NCBI GenBank assembly: GCA_047495785.1
Contig: JBLDXI010000057.1
Location: 124,001-188,000 of the forward strand
Direction of reading: 5' to 3'
Length of the DNA: 64,000 nucleotides
DNA from: Lepidodermella squamata
Taxonomy: Eukaryota; Animalia; Gastrotricha
Part shown: positions 57,901 to 64,000 of the stretch, piece by piece
Layout: each line of letters begins with the position of its first letter
Position numbering within the stretch: the first letter of the stretch is position 1
Notes under the pieces: generated by a model
The model's database searches: none
The model's input: the letters and a program-made list of their open reading frames with translations, nothing else
What the model was told of the DNA's origin: nothing
Translations under genes and position numbers: made by a program

Positions 57901-59546
57901 TGAGGGTCATTACATTTTGCGTCAATGTGCCAGTTTTGTCGGAAAAGACGTACTGAATCTGGCCGAGTTCCTCGCTCAGGCTGGTATTTCTCACATCAGC
58001 AGCTGTATCAGTCTCCTCGTACCACATGTCCTTGTCCCACATTATGAAGAAACTTTGAGCCAGACGAACGATTTCAACACTAACGTAAAGTGATACCGGC
58101 ACGAATGTATTGAAAAGGATGAAATAGCTCAAAAATTGCATGATCGCACGCACTATGAAAGCTCCGGCTATGTTGCTAGGCATGAATGACTCCCAAGGCT
58201 GGTAAATTTGAAACCGCATTCCAGTATCACGTTCCCAGGCCAGGCTGTAGAGTGTGCAAATGAAACAGCACACTAACATTGATATGAAAATTCCGATGAC
58301 AGCGCGGTTCAGGAATACGTCGACAGAAGTTGTTTTGAACCGCTTCGCACCTGAGTTTTTCATCAACTTCGTATCCTTGCCGGTGAAAATGACCAAGCCG
58401 TAGACCCACTCTGTTGCTCGCAAGGTGCAACCTCTTAGAAGGATGTTGTCGTTAGTTAGCGCCTTTTTCGAATACATGCTAGCATCGGGCGCTTTGGAAA
58501 CAGGCCCATTCCAAAGGACCCCTTCAAATTTCGATAAATTATTGTTTGGAGGTTCGCAGTGTACTTCGCATCGATAGCCAGAAATTTGCTCGCGGATTAA
58601 TTGCGAGTTACTAGCAATGCTGGCCGGAAGTACGTCCGTAGCTTGCCGAACTTTCAAATTCGTTTCCCTTAAATATTAAATAGCTGTGAAATTAATAATA
58701 TGATAACTGAGCTCGCTTGGTTTTACCCGTCCAATTCAGCAGTCTCAATTAGGCAAAATCCACTTGGCTCACTAGTTAGTAATACTACCATGTCCGCCTG
58801 ATGAGTCATATAAACTGTCAAGATCTCAAGAGGGAGAGGTTAATCATCGCTTACCGTTACAGCTTCGTCTTTTTTCAGCAGTACTATATCACCGACTAGG
58901 ACATTGTGCCAGGCTTTGACAACTTCCTGACCATGTCTGAGCAACGTGACTTTTCGATTGTTGATTTTTTTATCACTGGTGTGTCTCCTCTGGGAATTAA
59001 AAAGAGACATTACATCCACCCAGTCATCGTTAAATTATTATGTTACCAAGTCATCGACTCCATCTTTTATAGCAGTTACCGCCAATACGAAAAGAAGCGG
59101 CAGCAGTGTTGTGACCGGGTTGAGTGATGTGATTTGTGGAATAAACTGTTTAATTAAGGGAAAAATTCATTATAAAATCGGAGCATTTGTTGGGAAAACA
59201 GGGTTACCTGTAGGCCTAGAAGTAGAAGAAAATACAAATTCGCAAACCGATGAAATTGCTCAAACAGATTGAGTGGCAGGAATGTGTAGAAAGTATATTT
59301 GGAAGTTTTAATTCTGTTATTCTGAGCGTTCAAAAATAATGCGTAAACGAAAATATTTCCGTGAATTATTAAAAAATTACAGCATATTTTTTGGCGAAAT
59401 TAGCCTCGGGATCGTTTGATGCCACTATTCTCAGCGTCTCTGCCTCTGGCTCTAAATTTTATATTAAAAATAAATAAATCGCGCTGGTGCAAAAATGTCA
59501 ATTTCATACGTTTTCGCTTGAAGAAATTTCGGAACCAAGCCGCCAT
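54956..59546 (-). CDS. ATP8B: P4-ATPase phospholipid flippase, ATP8B-like (multi-exon)
   Basis: [95 protein letters not shown]-terminal GFGYSH..GFGDL. Confidence 0.93.
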
Positions 59547-60274
59547 GGTGAATTTCTTATCTAAATTAAGTTCGCTTGTTTCTTTGCATCTAACCGAGGT
59601 ATAGCTGTGAGAACGAGACATTTGAATCACAGCAATTTTTATCACTGGCTCCGTTAATATTTTAGCATAATTGCCTTGCTAAGCAATATTGTCCGGGCGT
59701 TACGCTAAGAAAAGCAGGGAAATGGGCGGCAATAAATCGTAACATTCCTCGAGTGCGTGTTTGTGGGTAAATATACCTTGAGATGGATATTGCAGGTATG
59801 TAGCAAAAAACGCAAGCGAAGTCACGCTACACGGCACACGGCTAATAACTGTGAGATGAATTATTCCGGCTGTATGTGGGGCAATGTCACTCGCTAGTGC
59901 CGATTTACAATACTACACATCCTACAACCAAGTGCGCGAGAGCCGCCTTATCTTCGACATCCCGCTGCCGCAGCGATAACCGGTCTCATATTAGTGCCGT
60001 AATATTGAAACAAGTCGCCCACGCACATCTGCTGGCACATTTCTTATCGCTGACCAACTGCGGTGAGCTGTCAGCCACTAGGCGTTTAATCAGAGTGCTT
60101 ACTCTTGAAATTGCACTGAATCAGCGTCGTGTTCTCAATGGCGGTCACCTTAAAGTGGCAAATCATGTTTTATCAGGTCACACCTCGCATGATTCAAAAC
60201 TTGAAAAATTTTATTCATTGCAAGCGAACTAGTAACAGACAACTAGAAAGTCCGAAAAATTGAGCAGCATTGTT

Positions 60275-61823
60275 TCATAACTCGGTACCGTTCAGCTCCT
60301 GTAATAATAAAAAGTGGTTTTTATTTCAATGAACGGCATTCAAGAAGCATTTACCTTACTTGAGTCTTGCTGGGTGAAGTATTGCCGCCTTCAACTGGCA
60401 AGACGCCGCTGGCAGTGATAACTGGTGGCTGGACGGGGCGATCGTTCGAGTCAGTCGCAAGGTTATTCATGCGATTGTATACTTCGAAGCCTTCCAGCAA
60501 ACGGCCGTATACGACGTGCTAAGATTTTCGTAAAGAAAATATTTAAAATTCGATATTTAAATATTAAACTTTTTAAAAATTGTAGGTAATCTTGAAAATG
60601 AATTTTCGCATACAGAAAAATAAGCTATCAGAGTTTTGTGCTGTTTTTGTAGTGAAGATTTAATTTTCTATCAAAAAATAATCAATTTCCTATTTTATAT
60701 CAATTTTCATTATTTCTAAATGTTGGCCAAGATTTTTTTATTTTATTTTAATTTATTTCCAGTTCTCACTTTGCCGTCGAGCCATGGCGTCGGTTCAGCA
60801 GTGATCGAAAATTGGCAACCGTTCGTATTAGGGCCGTGATTGACAGTAGACAACAGGTAGCCTATGGATATTTATTTGAATTTCTTCAAATTTGAGTCGG
60901 ATTTCGTTTGTTAATTACCTTGGCTGTGTTGTAACGTGAAGGCTTCGTCGTCGAAGTAGCGCGTGCCATAAATCGTAATGAATCCGTAGCCATCGCCCGA
61001 AATTATATCACCGCCCTGAACAAAATGTAAAAAAAAATATCGAATGATTCACAAGCTGGGAATATAAAATATTGCACGCAAACAACCAACTTGAATTTAC
61101 ATTAAAAACTTAGCTCCATACATTTTAAAATCGGATGATTATTCACAAATTTGATTTGGAGAATTTCAGCGAAATTTATTTGAATTTTTTAAATTAATCG
61201 GGAAATTCCAGAAAATTCGGAAAAGGCAGATTTTGGTGAATTAACTGTTATTTCAAATTTGGTGCCGCTTCCAGTCAACTTTGGCGCCACAATAGGCAAT
61301 TCGGTTCGGCTGGAAATTAGGAAAAAAAAACAAATTTATTTAAAATTGTAACAATGTCTCTATTTCTAACAAATCCAGTCTATTTTCCCAAAGTGTGTTC
61401 GCAAATTCCAATTTGTTAAAAGCAACGTATTCGCCTCGCAATTTGTCAGCCCGATTATTATACCTGGCAGATAAAATTCTTGATGATTCGATGGAAAATC
61501 GAGTTGACGTAGGTGAGTTTTCTGCCAGAGTAAGAATCGCGTTTCTTGCCCTCGGCCATCGTCTTGAAGTTCAGCACAGTCTTGGGCGCCACCTCGCCGA
61601 ACAGGCCGATGACCAGCCGGCCGATCGCCTCATTTCCAACTGAAATGTCGAAATATACTTTGTCCGTAATTTTCGCCTTCATCGGATCCTAAATTGTGGC
61701 GGAGAAAATGAATAAAATTGTAGAAATCGAGCTAAGATTGAATAAAATAAAGCGCACCCTTTCTGGTGGGACATCGGCGATAACGGCGGTTGCAAAAATG
61801 GCGAGAAGAATTAACCGCGACAT
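60275..61823 (-). CDS. Secretory-pathway cyclophilin (PPIB/PPIC-like) with divergent active site, multi-exon
   Basis: Signal peptide [16 protein letters not shown]; [34 protein letters not shown]|GGD, NTNGCQF, WLDGK|HVVYG; last micro-exon ELNGTEL*. Confidence 0.88.
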
Positions 61824-62615
61824 ATCTGTGTAATAATTTTCCTCTAAATGTTCAGTGCAGAGTCGAAAAATGAAAAATTGTGCTATGCGACGTGCTGTCA
61901 AGTGGCAACAGTCTGGCACGTGAGTGCGTCAATAGGTCAACGGCGTAACAACGAGGCATTACGTGCGCTAACATGGCGCAGATCCGACTATGTTTACTCA
62001 GTAGCAGGGGCGGTTACTCAATGCTGTCAAGTGAGAAAATTCTAGAACATGGAATTTTATTCAGCGAAAAAATCGTTTCTATTACTGGTAATATTTCACG
62101 GTTCATAGAGCAGCTACAGAAATTGATTGGCCGGAAATGGGTTTGAAAAATGTAGCGATTTTTTTTATAAAAAACAAGAAATTTAATATGTCATTAGATT
62201 TCATGAATTTTCATATATTTTCTCATTGAAGAAATATTAAAAATATTAGGATGAACCGCTATATATTTTTTTCTACGCGCCACAAGCTGTGATTTTATTT
62301 AAGCATGCTGTCAAATAAATCCCAAATTATTCATGTCAAATATGTGTTGAGAAATAAAAGAAATGTTAATGAAGTTATTTCAATAATTCTCAGCGACATC
62401 ACGCTCAAGGCTGGAACTCGACCGGCTTTGTGCGCTGATTTGTAGGAAATATTTCAAAAAGACATGATCAGAAAGAGTGTCATTTTTAGAGAGGTCATTT
62501 TTATTGAAAAAAATAACAATAAAAGTAATTTTATCATTCTCAAATAAGTATAAAAATATTGAATAATTGGCTTTACGCTGTTTCAAGGTTGATTCATTTA
62601 CATCCGCCGGAAGAA

Positions 62616-63580
62616 TCAGTGGCCGTAATACTTCCACGCCATCATAGTCTCCTTGTTTTGATACGTCTCTTTGAAGAGCGCCTCTTCATCCTCGGCATGA
62701 TCGTCGCTGGCGTAAAGCCGCGACAAAACAAACAACGGAAGTGTTATTGTCGCAGTGAGGCACAAAGCAAACGACAACCAATTGACCGCATACGCCGTCA
62801 TCCAAATGCGCCGGCTTGTCACCAGGTGCATTTCCGGCTGGTATATGTGCTTAGGAATGACGGTCGAGTATGTCGCTAGAGCCGGCATCGACAGCCGGTT
62901 ACTCGCGGCGCGACTCGCCCGCCTCTTCAACAGTGACCGGGTCGGGGCGAGTGAGACGGGCGGCATCGCAACGTCATCGCCGCCGCAATCATCGTCTTGG
63001 CCATTTTCATGACACAGCGCTGAGCCGTTGTTGTTATTAGCGTTATTCTGCGGCGTTATTTGATCTACTACAACCGCCTCGAGAGTTTGGTCATTTTTCG
63101 GAAAATTAACCGACTGTTTTCGACGACGCCACGGCAGCAACGACCACAGCCACGAGGCCAAATTAGGTATGCCCCACGGTGGTGAAATGAACTCGCCCGG
63201 GTCGATCAATGCTAGGCAAATTGTGGTGGATAAAAGAGTTGCTCCAGACGAACACAAAATAATAGTTAAATAGATGGTGAGCAAGCAGTTGGCAGAATTG
63301 TTAGGCAAATTTTCAGCGATCATCGATTGGAAAATTGCGATGGCTAAAATTGTCGTGACACTCTGCACTGGGCGGTCGATGTAGTGCACAGGTATGAGAT
63401 AGGTGAACAGGGTGATGAGCGCGAGCAGGAAAGTCGGGATGATGACGGTGACGACGTAGAACATGGGCCGGCGCTTCATAACCAGCCAGAAGTGCACGCG
63501 GCTGAAGACCGTCGACTGGCCGCTGCGAAAACGCGTCGCCATGCCGCCGACTCGTTCGTGCAGCAACTCCCACACCTCTG
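62616..63580 (-). CDS. Second divergent Cys-loop channel subunit, 3' exon only (5' exons beyond window end)
   Basis: EVWELL...FSRVHFWLVMKRRPMFY; PVHYIDRPVQSVTT and ENLPNNSANCLLTIYL nearly identical to the 52296 gene. Confidence 0.88.
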
Positions 63581-64000
63581 AGAACGAAAACGAATAAATA
63601 AATTCGATCAATAAACAGTTCGAATTGGAAAAAATCAGAAAAATTCCTCCTAAAATTCAATTCTTTTGATGCAAATTCATAAAAAGACGTAGGTAAAATA
63701 TGATGTTTTCCAATTTTTTTGTAGGAAGTTTCACATGTAATATGACCGATTTTGCAGAAAATTCAGCGAAAGCTTCACGCCATGCGGGTTTCGCATTTTT
63801 CTTCAACAAGTGCCATTACTCATTTAACAATTTTTTCAAAAAATGCCCTAGCTAATTAATCAAATTGAAAAATGTTTAATCGATTTTAACCATCCGAGCA
63901 AGCAACTTTTCCGTAAGTTTCCCCGAAAAAAACGAATTGCTTAATTATTCGGTATTTACGGTAACTAGTAGCTTAGTTATCGTCATCATTAATGTAGAAA

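Overview
Gene-dense eukaryotic (animal, invertebrate-like) DNA with mostly very short GT-AG introns (about 45-65 bp); no prokaryotic features. In order: (1) a tandem family of small multi-pass membrane proteins, four with an N-terminal PPxY motif (0-6.3 kb); (2) a glutaredoxin-thioredoxin reductase fusion (TGR-like); (3) a cytosolic sulfotransferase and a catalytically dead trypsin-like protein; (4) an intronless array of secreted proteins built from a C-x5-C-x5-C-x4-C module, with one chimeric gene, MITEs and a tRNA-derived SINE; (5) a GABA-B-like class C GPCR and an atypical CYP2-clan P450; (6) a carbohydrate sulfotransferase head-to-head with a fucosyltransferase-like gene, plus a second fucosyltransferase-like paralog; (7) further duplicated small secreted Cys-rich genes and a large coiled-coil gene; (8) two divergent Cys-loop channel subunits, an ATP8B-type flippase and an ER-type cyclophilin. 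Most striking: the TGR ends S-C-C-G-TGA, with Cys at the usual Sec position, yet its 3' region holds a canonical-looking SECIS on top of a ~150-nt multi-helix RNA structure. The TGA is followed by 30 open codons, so Sec readthrough would give a new C-C-G-U (CxxU) motif plus an extension. Exon boundaries and base pairings were read by eye; no database searches or folding programs were run.
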